From IMG/VR virus record IMGVR_UViG_3300021400_000932: a stretch of 64,000 nt of DNA; one strand, 5' to 3'. Below are positions 28,069 through 37,787 of the stretch, piece by piece (within the stretch, counting starts at the first letter, position 1; each line of letters opens with the position of its first letter). The notes beneath the pieces were generated by a model that made no database searches, was not told the origin of the DNA, and was given only the letters and a program-made list of their open reading frames with translations. This DNA comes from a virus (taxonomy: Duplodnaviria > Heunggongvirae > Uroviricota > Caudoviricetes). Made by a program: the position numbers and the translations under genes.

Positions 28069-29679
28069 TCACTTTACATATCCTCTGAATACAATCAGCT
28101 TCTGTTTTGCTCGTGTGATTGCAACATAGAAGATATTTTTATTTTCTTCGCTTTTTCCAAGCAATCCGAATGTCGGATTTCCCGCATTAACTATGATTAC
28201 TCTATCGAACTCTAAACCCTTAACACTGTGAACCGTTCCGCAGTATACTCCGGAAACCTCAGCAGCATCTAAAGTTTTTATCGCATCGACAATGGCTTCA
28301 TATTTGTTTTCACAATCTTCGAAGATATCTTGGTCCAAGTCAAACATATCAGAAATTTTCTCATTGAGCTCATCAACAGATTTTGTCGCTGTGATAAGAC
28401 GTCTGACATCGAAAACTTTGTTTGCTGCTTGACACACTTGCGGATATTTACCGAAGTTTTTGATGAACCATTCGCTTGTTACTTCTTCCTCTCCGGCTGA
28501 AAGCATCAGATAATTAGAATAAGCATGGGAGTTTAAGACTACTGACATCCAGTTCACGAAGTATTCATCATCAATAGCACTTTTTAAAATGCTGTGAACA
28601 TAGTCTTTTTTCTTGTCCGAATGAGTAGCGATACCGTAATCTTTCAGTTGCTCTTGCAGATATGAAACCTCGGCATTCGTTCGACATAGGATAGCGGTAT
28701 CCATTTCTTCCGATTTCAATTCTTCGGCGATTTTATCAATACACATTTCTGTAATTGGGTATCGCCTGTCGAAATCCAAATAACTATCCTCAATTTCATC
28801 TACTTCGACACCATCTCTGTTACTTTCAAGAGGTATTCTGTAGGAATCCTTTGCATAGTGGCTGTGGTCATTTGCATACTCACAAATCTGTTTGGTTGAC
28901 CGGTAATTCCGGTTCATTCTGATTTTTTCCCAGTCATCATTTTCAGACAGCATCTTAATGTACTCATTACTTGTACCTCTGAATGAGTACAGATTTTGTA
29001 AAGCATCTCCAACAAAGAAAAATGAAGTGTTCGGAAATGAATTCAGAAACTTTATCTGGATAGCATCGGTATCTTGAAATTCATCTACAAAGATGTGCTT
29101 ATATCTATTTTTGTAACTCAAGATAGAAGCATCATTGGTATAGAACAGCTTGCAGATTTCTTCTAACAGAATATCGAATGTGATAAGATTGCTCTTGGCA
29201 AGTTGCCTGCGGTATGCTTTGTAGAAGATTTCATATTTAGTTTTATCCTTAGCTTTCAGTTCTTTCGGATTCTGAAGGTCATTAGATGAAAACTTCAATC
29301 CGCACTGAAGCATAGCCATCTGTTCTACTTTTTTCTGCATTGCATCATTAGCAATAGAGGGAGTATATGAATATCCGATGGCGTTTCGAACTTGCGGATT
29401 TCTTGACAGTATTGAGTAGCAAAAACTGTGGAATGTTCGGAATTCAGGAACCTTACCAACTTTACCTACTCTTGCCTTATACCGTTCTTCCATTTCCAGA
29501 GCGGCAGCATTTGTGAATGTGATGCACAGAATGTGGTCTGGATTTACACCAGTTTCAACAAGCCTACATATACGGGAAATCAGAACATGAGTTTTTCCTG
29601 CACCGGCACATGCCAAGCACAGGATTCTTTGACTATCGGAATTTACAGCAAGCTGTTGCTGTTCATTTAATTTATACAT
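28069..29679 (-). CDS. UvrD/Rep/PcrA-family SF1 helicase
   Basis: AGAGKT, TFTNAAA, TFHSF, VDEFQD, VGD..Q..YSFRG, NYRS, TVHSVKGLEF, YVAITRA. Confidence 0.93.
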   Translation of the reverse strand: MYKLNEQQQLAVNSDSQRILCLACAGAGKTHVLISRICRLVETGVNPDHILCITFTNAAALEMEERYKARVGKVGKVPEFRTFHSFCYSILSRNPQVRNAIGYSYTPSIANDAMQKKVEQMAMLQCGLKFSSNDLQNPKELKAKDKTKYEIFYKAYRRQLAKSNLITFDILLEEICKLFYTNDASILSYKNRYKHIFVDEFQDTDAIQIKFLNSFPNTSFFFVGDALQNLYSFRGTSNEYIKMLSENDDWEKIRMNRNYRSTKQICEYANDHSHYAKDSYRIPLESNRDGVEVDEIEDSYLDFDRRYPITEMCIDKIAEELKSEEMDTAILCRTNAEVSYLQEQLKDYGIATHSDKKKDYVHSILKSAIDDEYFVNWMSVVLNSHAYSNYLMLSAGEEEVTSEWFIKNFGKYPQVCQAANKVFDVRRLITATKSVDELNEKISDMFDLDQDIFEDCENKYEAIVDAIKTLDAAEVSGVYCGTVHSVKGLEFDRVIIVNAGNPTFGLLGKSEENKNIFYVAITRAKQKLIVFRGYVK

Positions 29680-29685
29680 AAATGA

Positions 29686-30003
29686 TTATCCTTTGTAGTT
29701 GAATTCTTTGACAGCAATCTTTCCGACATAGCTATCAAGGCTTACTTTACGTCCACCTTTACCGAAGTAATCTTTCGGCTCAAACACACGACCATTGTAA
29801 GCGATAACATACAGAAGATTTTTGTTATCATCGGCAACAAAGCCATAGTTGTAGGTGCTTGCACCGAGGTCATGTTCATCAATGAAATCCTGAGCAAGTT
29901 CCGAAGCATCATCTAATGAGTCAACAGCCTTGATTGCTGATACCTTGTGTCCGAAATCAAAACCAGATAAATAAAGTTTCATAATTACCATCTCCTTTGA
30001 CAT
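29686..30003 (-). CDS. Hypothetical protein
   Basis: ORF with AAGGAG RBS and upstream AATCGTTATAT motif. Confidence 0.65.
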   Translation of the reverse strand: MSKEMVIMKLYLSGFDFGHKVSAIKAVDSLDDASELAQDFIDEHDLGASTYNYGFVADDNKNLLYVIAYNGRVFEPKDYFGKGGRKVSLDSYVGKIAVKEFNYKG

Positions 30004-30023
30004 ATATAACGATTACAGAAAGC

Positions 30024-30055
30024 AAAAAGCCGCTGTATAAAAGCAACAGCGGCTT
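30024..30055 (-). terminator. Rho-independent terminator
   Basis: AAGCCGCTG...CAGCGGCTT followed by TTT. Confidence 0.7.
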
Positions 30056-30061
30056 GGTAGT

Positions 30062-30610
30062 TTATTTCATGATTTCTGTTTTAAGATTAGACACATAACA
30101 CTTGCCAAATACGAGCTCAACATCCATATCTTCTGTGTCGATGCCGGAATCATAATCAGCAAAATCTTCATCGTACTGGCTACTATGGTAAGAGGGTCCT
30201 GTTTGATATTCCCAAGTAACTACACCAGACACTCTATATACAAGTGTAATGGTACAGGTAACATGGTATTTACCTGGCTTGTATGGCATATTGTCTACAA
30301 GGATTGATAGCGCATCTTCTATGATTTCATTTGAATCTCGAATAGCTACTTCGTATCCATCAATTTCGACATACCAATCTTCATCAGAATTAGCATCTTG
30401 TATGGCCCAATCGAATTTTGTTTCTGGTGAATCATCAATAGATGCGGAAGAATCTACAACAAAAATATCGTCAATCGGAACTGTCAGCTTTATCTCTTCT
30501 TCCGGAAGTTCCTTACCTCTATCCTCGTAGTCATCCGGTTCATACCGATTGTTGCTCGGCACTTTCGTGTATCGTCCGCCTAAGATTGGAGAAAACTTTC
30601 TTTTCTTCAT
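30062..30610 (-). CDS. Acidic hypothetical protein with a basic N-terminus
   Basis: MKKRKF... followed by a D/E-rich body. Confidence 0.7.
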   Translation of the reverse strand: MKKRKFSPILGGRYTKVPSNNRYEPDDYEDRGKELPEEEIKLTVPIDDIFVVDSSASIDDSPETKFDWAIQDANSDEDWYVEIDGYEVAIRDSNEIIEDALSILVDNMPYKPGKYHVTCTITLVYRVSGVVTWEYQTGPSYHSSQYDEDFADYDSGIDTEDMDVELVFGKCYVSNLKTEIMK

Positions 30611-30996
30611 CCTCTAACCTCCTCAACAGGCATAGCAACCCATTTGAGGTATTGGTCTGATTCTTCTCCACATACCGGACAAATACCAGTAACACACTCA
30701 ACCTCTTGGTCGCTCAAAACGGTAGCAGACAGGAATATATTCTTGCATTTATCGCACTCTGCGATATAGTGACCGGAAATATTATTCTCTACCTCAATGT
30801 TGATGCTATCTTCTTGGTGGTCATCATCAGTCACCGTATCCTGAATATCTTCAACGGTATCTGCAACATCATCAAGCTGGTCAGAAAAGGAATCATCCAA
30901 ATCATCCATACCGCCGAGATTGGGGGTCATGTTCAGTTCGTCATCTTCCGCAGCAACAATCTTCTTACTTGCAGTTACCTTAAATCTTGTTTTCAT
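30607..30996 (-). CDS. Leader-bearing acidic protein with a C-terminal zinc ribbon
   Basis: MKTRFKVTASKKIVAAED; CDKC...CPVCG. Confidence 0.75.
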   Translation of the reverse strand: MKTRFKVTASKKIVAAEDDELNMTPNLGGMDDLDDSFSDQLDDVADTVEDIQDTVTDDDHQEDSINIEVENNISGHYIAECDKCKNIFLSATVLSDQEVECVTGICPVCGEESDQYLKWVAMPVEEVRG

Positions 30997-31048
30997 AACA
31001 GTAAAACCTCACAATCATAAAATAATTGGTCTTACTAATATATAAGGT

Positions 31049-31396
31049 TTATTCTTCCGGTAACTTCGGCAGTAAAGATTCGATTGTTTCTTTCATATAC
31101 GTGTGGATTTGTTCATCAACATGATTGAGTGGAGGATTGTCGGATGCACCATAAAACACCTTTGTGTAGTCATGACCGATTTGCGGAAAATCGTCAAACA
31201 TATTTGTATCGACCGTAGAACAGAGTTCATTAATAATGTCCATTACCTTGCTGAAACATCTGCGGTCTTTTTCCGTTAATATGCTTTCAGCCGCAGCATA
31301 TGTTTTTGTTGCGAGCGTTTTGAATATGCGCATCTCTGCGCCAGCTTTCATATAAACATCCATAGTTCTTTCAGATTTACTTAACTTTCTCGCCAT
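31049..31396 (-). CDS. Hypothetical protein (paralog of 31441-31803)
   Basis: YMKAGAEMRIFKTL...YTKVFYG shared pattern. Confidence 0.7.
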   Translation of the reverse strand: MARKLSKSERTMDVYMKAGAEMRIFKTLATKTYAAAESILTEKDRRCFSKVMDIINELCSTVDTNMFDDFPQIGHDYTKVFYGASDNPPLNHVDEQIHTYMKETIESLLPKLPEE

Positions 31397-31440
31397 AGTG
31401 TTCTCCTTTAGTATGAAATTGCATTATCTAGTATTGAACC

Positions 31441-31803
31441 TTATTCGTTCTGTAACAGTGATTCTGCTGTTTCTTTTATGAGTTTGCGCATATATGTATC
31501 GACTGGAGTTCCACCACAAAGATTATTGGTATTGCCCCAGAATACTTTTTCATAGTCATAAGTAGGGAAGTCTGTGTTTTCAGTGAGTTTAGAACGATTG
31601 TCAAACCAATCGGCCGCAAGTGAATTGCTAATGCTATCAAGCATGGATAGAGCCCGTCTTAGACGTTGTAGGTCAGATGCTTTTAATAAATGTCCAACAT
31701 CAACCCACATTTTACTTCCAAGGGTTGTAAGCAAACGCACTTTCGCCCCCAATTTAGTGTATTCATCTAGGGTTAGTTTTGATTTGGTTTGTTTCTTCTC
31801 CAT
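31441..31803 (-). CDS. Hypothetical protein (paralog of 31049-31396)
   Basis: YTKLGAKVRLLTTL...YEKVFWG. Confidence 0.7.
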   Translation of the reverse strand: MEKKQTKSKLTLDEYTKLGAKVRLLTTLGSKMWVDVGHLLKASDLQRLRRALSMLDSISNSLAADWFDNRSKLTENTDFPTYDYEKVFWGNTNNLCGGTPVDTYMRKLIKETAESLLQNE

Positions 31804-31823
31804 AGCTTATACCTCCCAAATTT

Positions 31824-32684
31824 TTATTGATTATAAGTTTGCGCATACTCAGTAATAGATAACTGGTCTGCGAACTGAATAAGATGAACAAGCGGATATA
31901 CAGCATTCGCCCTATTCAAATCTTTTTGGTCTTCGCCAGCCAGGTTCCAAGCACCCATATGCCAACGGATTGCTAACATAGCTTCTGCCGAAAGCTGTAT
32001 GAACTTACTTACGATAAACATAGAAGCCGTACCATTACCAAAAGGAACATTTTTGGGATTAATTCTGTAGGAAAGAACTTTCTCCCACTGACCGGTTTCT
32101 TCATTTTTAACATTTCTCTGATATGGCTCATATTTGTAAATCTTGTCCCAATCATGGGTGAGAGCCACTATTGTAGCTTCTGCGAGGTTACAACCTTTGA
32201 ACTGCGGAAGTACTCTAAGAGTAATGATTTGGTTGTAGACTTTAAGAGAATGGTACACCAATCCGCAAGGTTCGGAATCATGGAATACAGTAGATGCGGC
32301 AGTATCAAAGAAATCTGTACCCTCTAACCATTCCAGAGTTCTCTTGATTTGCGGGATGGTCTTATCGGGGTTTACTCCTTTTTGTTCTGCAAGCATCATA
32401 ACAGCACCGGCTAAAAGCATTTCATATGCATCTCTCATATATTCGGAACCGTTATTTACAGCACCACTCACAAGCCGAACAGGTTCACCAACAGAACCTT
32501 CGCATCGGCACTTCCAGCGTTCAGCGGCATTGTCTATTACCATCTGTAATGCTGGTTCGACATCTGCAACAGCAATCTCATTACCGGTCTCCTTATCAAA
32601 AACAGAATAGCCACCATTCGGATTAGTTTCAAATCTATATCCGCAGGTTTCATCATAAGTAGGAAAATTATTAAAGTTAATCAT
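31824..32684 (-). CDS. HD-domain phosphohydrolase
   Basis: HDSEPCGLVYHS...LTHDWDK...AIRWHMG...ADQLS. Confidence 0.8.
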   Translation of the reverse strand: MINFNNFPTYDETCGYRFETNPNGGYSVFDKETGNEIAVADVEPALQMVIDNAAERWKCRCEGSVGEPVRLVSGAVNNGSEYMRDAYEMLLAGAVMMLAEQKGVNPDKTIPQIKRTLEWLEGTDFFDTAASTVFHDSEPCGLVYHSLKVYNQIITLRVLPQFKGCNLAEATIVALTHDWDKIYKYEPYQRNVKNEETGQWEKVLSYRINPKNVPFGNGTASMFIVSKFIQLSAEAMLAIRWHMGAWNLAGEDQKDLNRANAVYPLVHLIQFADQLSITEYAQTYNQ

Positions 32685-32775
32685 AGTGGTGCTCCTTTAA
32701 TTTTTATTTCTACCCTATTAAACGATTCCATAATAAAAAAATACCACCGGATGTTCGTCCAGCGGTATCATATAG

Positions 32776-32985
32776 TTATTTAGCGGTTTGTAACTCTTGT
32801 CGGAGTTTCGCATAAAATGATTCTGATTGATTTGCTTGCACCATTTCTTTGCATTTTTCGGCTTTTCTGTAACAAGAATAACAACAGAAGTTGTATCTTT
32901 TCGATGCGAAACTTATATTGTATATACTACCTGGTCTTGGAATGTAGTTTTTGCCGCACATATCACAAGTCTTAGAATCGAACAT
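32776..32985 (-). CDS. Small zinc-finger protein (TRASH/MYM-like)
   Basis: CDMCGK...FCCYSC. Confidence 0.55.
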   Translation of the reverse strand: MFDSKTCDMCGKNYIPRPGSIYNISFASKRYNFCCYSCYRKAEKCKEMVQANQSESFYAKLRQELQTAK

Positions 32986-32990
32986 ACTAC

Positions 32991-33422
32991 TTACCCTCTC
33001 GGTCTAAATCCATATAAATCTTTGTGCCAATCAGAATAAGTACCTTTTGCCTCAGCATAATCCATAGCAGCTCTTAGATGTTCTGGAGATGCACCAAACT
33101 TCTCGGATGCTATTTCGACAAATTCCGGAGAGTTCATAAAGTCATAAATATAAGTGTATTTCTCTTTTGTGTCTAACGTTCTCCATAATTCATGTGCGAG
33201 GCTGTAGACAGCATAGGTGTCAATACCATAATCGGTTTTGCCTTTTATGCGGGTATTATAGAAATCCCTCAGTCGTTGTTCTTCCTCTGGCGTCGGCATA
33301 TCATCATAATAGAGAGCTTCATAGTCTGGCTCTTCTTCCTCTACAATATCATCGCCATAGAGGTCATCATAGTATTCGTTTATATAATCATCTGTTCGAT
33401 TAGCTTTGATATATCGGTACAT
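32991..33422 (-). CDS. Leader-bearing acidic hypothetical protein
   Basis: MYRYIKAN followed by a D/E/Y-rich segment. Confidence 0.75.
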   Translation of the reverse strand: MYRYIKANRTDDYINEYYDDLYGDDIVEEEEPDYEALYYDDMPTPEEEQRLRDFYNTRIKGKTDYGIDTYAVYSLAHELWRTLDTKEKYTYIYDFMNSPEFVEIASEKFGASPEHLRAAMDYAEAKGTYSDWHKDLYGFRPRG

Positions 33423-33432
33423 AGTGAGCTCC

Positions 33433-33999
33433 TTAATTTTGACAAATAATCAGTTTACCTTTTCGGGTAACATCTGGGAATATCGTCTGGATTTCCTCCA
33501 GATAGTCAGCGGTCTTTCGATTGAGCTGATATCCGGATTTGGTGGGACCCTCATTTCCCTTACCGGAACCCTCATATACTGTGATGTAAACTGTACCACC
33601 GGATTTAGTCAGTTTCTTGATGTTTTTAAGAACATTCAAACGGACGTCACGTTCTTTGATTACATTCAAAACATTGGAGCAAGTTGTAGTATCCGCACCA
33701 CCATTTTGGCGAATTTCGCGAAGTACTTCATTATTATGTTCGCTACTTCTATTGTATGGGTCGTATACAAGATTAGTAACTCCGAAATTTGCCAAATACT
33801 CAGCTACATTATCAAACTTACCGCCACCATAATCTAAGTTAATGGTGTTAGGCTGAAAGTTGACCATTCGGAAGATTGCCGGTAGCTTTCCGCTGTTGAT
33901 AGATGTATTTCTACTATCAAATTCCTGTTCCATCTCTTCAATTTCGAATGAACCATCTTCGGTTCGGCTGCTTGCTAAAACCTTAAAATGTCTTTTCAT
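33433..33999 (-). CDS. Leader-bearing class I SAM-dependent methyltransferase-like protein
   Basis: LDYGGGK motif I, YDPYN, ADTTTCSNVLNVI; resembles the MTase module of the phosphorothioation-associated methyltransferase family. Confidence 0.75.
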   Translation of the reverse strand: MKRHFKVLASSRTEDGSFEIEEMEQEFDSRNTSINSGKLPAIFRMVNFQPNTINLDYGGGKFDNVAEYLANFGVTNLVYDPYNRSSEHNNEVLREIRQNGGADTTTCSNVLNVIKERDVRLNVLKNIKKLTKSGGTVYITVYEGSGKGNEGPTKSGYQLNRKTADYLEEIQTIFPDVTRKGKLIICQN

Positions 34000-34493
34000 A
34001 TTTGCACCTCATTTATTGATTTAACATAATCTTCAAGTTCTCCGGTATAATCCAGGAGTTCTTTTCTGCTTGGAATCGTTTTGACTTCAGCAAATTTAAT
34101 AGGCCATTTTTCAATCTTCTTTATATTCAACGATTTTTGTGTGCCATTTTTAATGCACATCCGTATATCTTGCATATTGAATATGAAAGCTCGCTGGTAT
34201 GCTGCGAATAGAACAAAACACAGACCAAATACGCCCTTGATAAAAGATTTATCAGACACCTCATTCAACTGCTTGTCGGTTATCATATCGAAATCAAATC
34301 TATCTTGCCATGTCGCTTTTGACTCTATGTAATATTCATAAGGGTATTTGTAGCACTGAAAATCGCAGATATTTGAACTACCGTAAAATCCGGATAGCTG
34401 GTCTACGATTCTATCGAAAGAATATCCATCTTCTTTTCTGTCCAGCCATTCTTTTATCTTCTTTTCGGCTTTCTTGCCTACATCATCGGGCAT
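33996..34493 (-). CDS. RecU-like Holliday junction resolvase (PD-(D/E)XK)
   Basis: CDF..Y......IESKAT...FDF..I...Q pattern. Confidence 0.7.
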   Translation of the reverse strand: MPDDVGKKAEKKIKEWLDRKEDGYSFDRIVDQLSGFYGSSNICDFQCYKYPYEYYIESKATWQDRFDFDMITDKQLNEVSDKSFIKGVFGLCFVLFAAYQRAFIFNMQDIRMCIKNGTQKSLNIKKIEKWPIKFAEVKTIPSRKELLDYTGELEDYVKSINEVQI

Positions 34494-34733
34494 ATTTCAC
34501 ACCACCTATCTTTATATAAGGTTGAAACCCCATACAGCTTGTGTGGCTATGTGGGGTTTCACATTAGGAGCAAACAAATGAGAGGATGTTATACTTAGTA
34601 TCAATTCCTTTTTGGTTTTAATTTTTGTGACTTTGATGATACAGAATTGTTGTATGCATCAATTTTCCATAGAGGCCACTCAGTTTCTGCTTGTGCTTTA
34701 ATTCGGATGTAGCTTTCTGAAAATTGTTCACAA

Positions 34734-35642
34734 TTACCAGTCTTCTTCATCATCTTCTGGGTCACCATCGAAATCAGTTTCAAGATTTAATGCTTCCGCA
34801 AGAGATTCTGCAATCTGGCTTTCATGATTTTCAAGAAATTCATAACTATCTAAATCAAGACCTTCGATTTCTGCATAATAGTCATAGATGTAAATAGAAT
34901 CATATGCAATATCATCATAAGACAATAAATCTTCAAGTTCGTATTGAATGTCCGCACGCACCAGTCTACCATCAGCATATGCATCGCACAGTTCATCGGT
35001 AAATTCCAAATTATATTGATATCTTGGTTCCCAATCTTTGTACTTGCTGATATCTGTATCTCTCGAATCTGCGGAGTTTGGTGCCCAGAAAAATAGTTCA
35101 GGGTCGCTATAGAAGATTCTCGATAGAATTGCATCTGCAATATCTTCCAATTTTCCTGTGTAATCAAATTCATCAAGTTGTTCACGTGCAATTTTATCAA
35201 AATCATCATACATATCCGGAAACTGCTCGATGATATAGGCTACAGAGGGCAAGCAGGTTTCTCTGCCATAACCCTCATAGAATACATCTCCATCGTTCCA
35301 ATCTCGATATATAACCCTCATTATGGCTCGAACCAATTCACCTGCTACAGAATCACACATTCCCTCACTAGGAACAAGGAAATCATATGTTGCTTCAAGT
35401 ATGTCATCTATACTGCCTGTCATCTCACTGAGCTCAGTAATTTTCGATTCCGGATACTTTTCTTTCAGTTTATCTATCGCAGCTTGCTGTTCTGCACGCT
35501 TTGCCTCGGCTTCTTTTCTTTCTTTTTCTTCTCTGCGCTTGTTGCCATAATAATTTTTCAGTAAATTAGCATCACCATCTGGTGCATAAAGCATATCATT
35601 TGGGAGAGTAGCGTCAAAATCAGATTTTATATATCTATGCAT
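34734..35642 (-). CDS. Leader-bearing acidic hypothetical protein (302 aa)
   Basis: MHRYIKSD; LVPSEG...VAGELVRA..R..YR.WNDGD conserved-looking core. Confidence 0.75.
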   Translation of the reverse strand: MHRYIKSDFDATLPNDMLYAPDGDANLLKNYYGNKRREEKERKEAEAKRAEQQAAIDKLKEKYPESKITELSEMTGSIDDILEATYDFLVPSEGMCDSVAGELVRAIMRVIYRDWNDGDVFYEGYGRETCLPSVAYIIEQFPDMYDDFDKIAREQLDEFDYTGKLEDIADAILSRIFYSDPELFFWAPNSADSRDTDISKYKDWEPRYQYNLEFTDELCDAYADGRLVRADIQYELEDLLSYDDIAYDSIYIYDYYAEIEGLDLDSYEFLENHESQIAESLAEALNLETDFDGDPEDDEEDW

Positions 35643-35660
35643 TGGTAAACCTCCACTGTA

Positions 35661-36410
35661 TTAATCTTCATCAATATAGTTCGGATTTGTCCATTCTACA
35701 GACACGTCATCAAAGTCATAATCTTCATCATACACATAAACATTACCATCATCGGAAATTTCGTATGTACACCAGATTTTTTCAGATTCAACTTGATATC
35801 CATTATTTTCTTTCGCAAAACTGATTGCAGAATCTAATTCACCAGTATAGAAATCATCAGAAATTATATTTCCATCTATATCGACAACAGAATATCGTTC
35901 TTCATAATTATCACCAAGAGCATACTTATCAAGAACATCTATTGCATCTTCATTTGTGATATACATAACGATTTCATTAAAATAGAAATCATTATAGCCA
36001 GCCTCTTTCAAGTTATCGCCATTACAAGAGATGTCCCCATTAAATGTCGAATGTGTCCAACCACCACCGATAGAAGTGTCAAATTCCAAATTGCTGAGAA
36101 CTCTCCGGATATCGCCTTCTGTGATTTCAGAAATATCTTCTATGTCATCATCATAAGGGATTAAAGACATTTCCGTAATCTTAATCGGTGTAAGTCCATA
36201 TAGTGTTCCACCATAATAATAAGATTCACTAACTATATCTTCAACAGAACAATCAATATCACATTTAATTGGAATTACCTGATATGTCTGTGAATAACCA
36301 TTTCCAAAATCATCAGTAGTAGTAAATGGTTCTTCTACTTCAAAGCTATTTATCTTTATAGAGTCATAGTCAATGGTTCCTTTTATATTATATCCTGCAC
36401 CTGCACCCAT
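35661..36410 (-). CDS. Highly acidic hypothetical protein
   Basis: 249 aa, D/E-rich. Confidence 0.75.
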   Translation of the reverse strand: MGAGAGYNIKGTIDYDSIKINSFEVEEPFTTTDDFGNGYSQTYQVIPIKCDIDCSVEDIVSESYYYGGTLYGLTPIKITEMSLIPYDDDIEDISEITEGDIRRVLSNLEFDTSIGGGWTHSTFNGDISCNGDNLKEAGYNDFYFNEIVMYITNEDAIDVLDKYALGDNYEERYSVVDIDGNIISDDFYTGELDSAISFAKENNGYQVESEKIWCTYEISDDGNVYVYDEDYDFDDVSVEWTNPNYIDED

Positions 36411-36431
36411 AAGTTTTTACCTCAACTTTCT

Positions 36432-36941
36432 TTATTGTAATCCATACTGATTGAGCTGTTCCTGCCAAGTTCTGTCTGTACCTTTGGCAGTTTCTTGTAA
36501 TTTACTTAGCCACAGCTTAGACCAGTCATAGGATTCTTGAACATCGAATCCCTTGTAATCATCTTTAACCCAGAGCCACTTGTGGTGGAAGATATTATTA
36601 GAGCGTCCGGACCGCACTACCTCACCAGTCTTGGGAGATACTTCTAAATATCTTCCGACATGTGGTTCCCTTGCGGTATCGAAATCGGGACACTCATCGA
36701 ATCTCACATTCCCATTGTTGAATGTGTATCTTATGCAATTATATGAATTGAATAAGTCTGGGTCTACTTCTTTGCAAATCTCTTGTGCTCTTTTCCATCT
36801 ATCCGGCGACATTACATCGGTTGCATAATCTTTATGCAAGTATACATGTCCACCTATAGCTTTACCCACTTTTCCGAACATCCGCATCACTTCGCTGCCT
36901 TTGTTCGTTCTGAGTGGACTTCTTGCTATCACACGTTTCAT
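36432..36941 (-). CDS. Leader-bearing protein resembling the C-terminal module of the phosphorothioation-associated methyltransferase family
   Basis: GK..GG.VYLH...IRY...PDFDT..EP...IFHHK..V..DY...GT...WQEQL. Confidence 0.65.
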   Translation of the reverse strand: MKRVIARSPLRTNKGSEVMRMFGKVGKAIGGHVYLHKDYATDVMSPDRWKRAQEICKEVDPDLFNSYNCIRYTFNNGNVRFDECPDFDTAREPHVGRYLEVSPKTGEVVRSGRSNNIFHHKWLWVKDDYKGFDVQESYDWSKLWLSKLQETAKGTDRTWQEQLNQYGLQ

Positions 36942-36944
36942 AGG

Positions 36945-37559
36945 TTAGTCATCCCACCAATTATCTTCTTCAAGACCGAGATGGTTCATATCATAAATGA
37001 CTTCAGCTTCCAATCTTTCGGCAAGGTCTCTTAGTTCCGGATACATCAAAACATTGTCAGCGGTATCTTCTACGCAGATATGCCTTCCGCTTCTGCCTAA
37101 GAGATAAAGGTCCAGTCCGGTTTCTTCTTCAAATTCTGCCGCTTTAGAAGAAACAAGCTGATAGTATATTTCATCAATTTCCTTATCAGTATATGTGTCG
37201 GTATCCGGAATATTGATTTGATTTAATGTGTGATTATCATGTAACTGAAGATAGGAACGATTGTCCTCTCCATAGTATTCACATTCATCTACAACATTAG
37301 ATAAATCATCAACGATTTGTTGATACTCAGACTTTGAACAGTAAGCATCGTATTCCTCAACAACATCTTCGTATGTTGGAAAATCATCTTCTTCTCGATA
37401 CCACTTATAAATGAAGTCAGGCAATGTATCGTCAATCAAATCAGAACTTCCGGATATAATATCCCCGCTCGGTTTTATGGTATCATACATATCAGGCATA
37501 GCCGGAATACCGGATGTGTTTGTAGCACTGTCAACATCAGACAATGTAATTCTTTTCAT
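36945..37559 (-). CDS. Leader-bearing acidic hypothetical protein
   Basis: MKRITLS...; LYLLGRSGRHICV motif. Confidence 0.7.
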   Translation of the reverse strand: MKRITLSDVDSATNTSGIPAMPDMYDTIKPSGDIISGSSDLIDDTLPDFIYKWYREEDDFPTYEDVVEEYDAYCSKSEYQQIVDDLSNVVDECEYYGEDNRSYLQLHDNHTLNQINIPDTDTYTDKEIDEIYYQLVSSKAAEFEEETGLDLYLLGRSGRHICVEDTADNVLMYPELRDLAERLEAEVIYDMNHLGLEEDNWWDD

Positions 37560-37561
37560 TG

Positions 37562-37783
37562 TTACTCACCAGAACCAGATACTAACTTAGCAATCTTTCG
37601 GATAATACCGCCGATGCCGTTGTTTAATTCATCGGCAATAGAAAGAGCATCCTCAGTCTTACCATCCGCACCAAGTTTCTCGATGCCGGACACGCAGTAG
37701 TCAAAATCATCTTTCAGAACCGACAGTGCATCATCTAATCTTGTGTCTTTATCTTCCGTAGCAGCAGATATAATTCTTTTCAT
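37562..37783 (-). CDS. Leader-bearing small helical protein
   Basis: MKRIISAATE. Confidence 0.7.
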   Translation of the reverse strand: MKRIISAATEDKDTRLDDALSVLKDDFDYCVSGIEKLGADGKTEDALSIADELNNGIGGIIRKIAKLVSGSGE

Positions 37784-37787
37784 AGTT

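Noticed and set aside
26206-29679. Gabija-like defence pair (ATPase plus UvrD)
   Set aside because: The ATPase has a long coiled coil with a hook-like motif and no TOPRIM domain, so it is Rad50-like.
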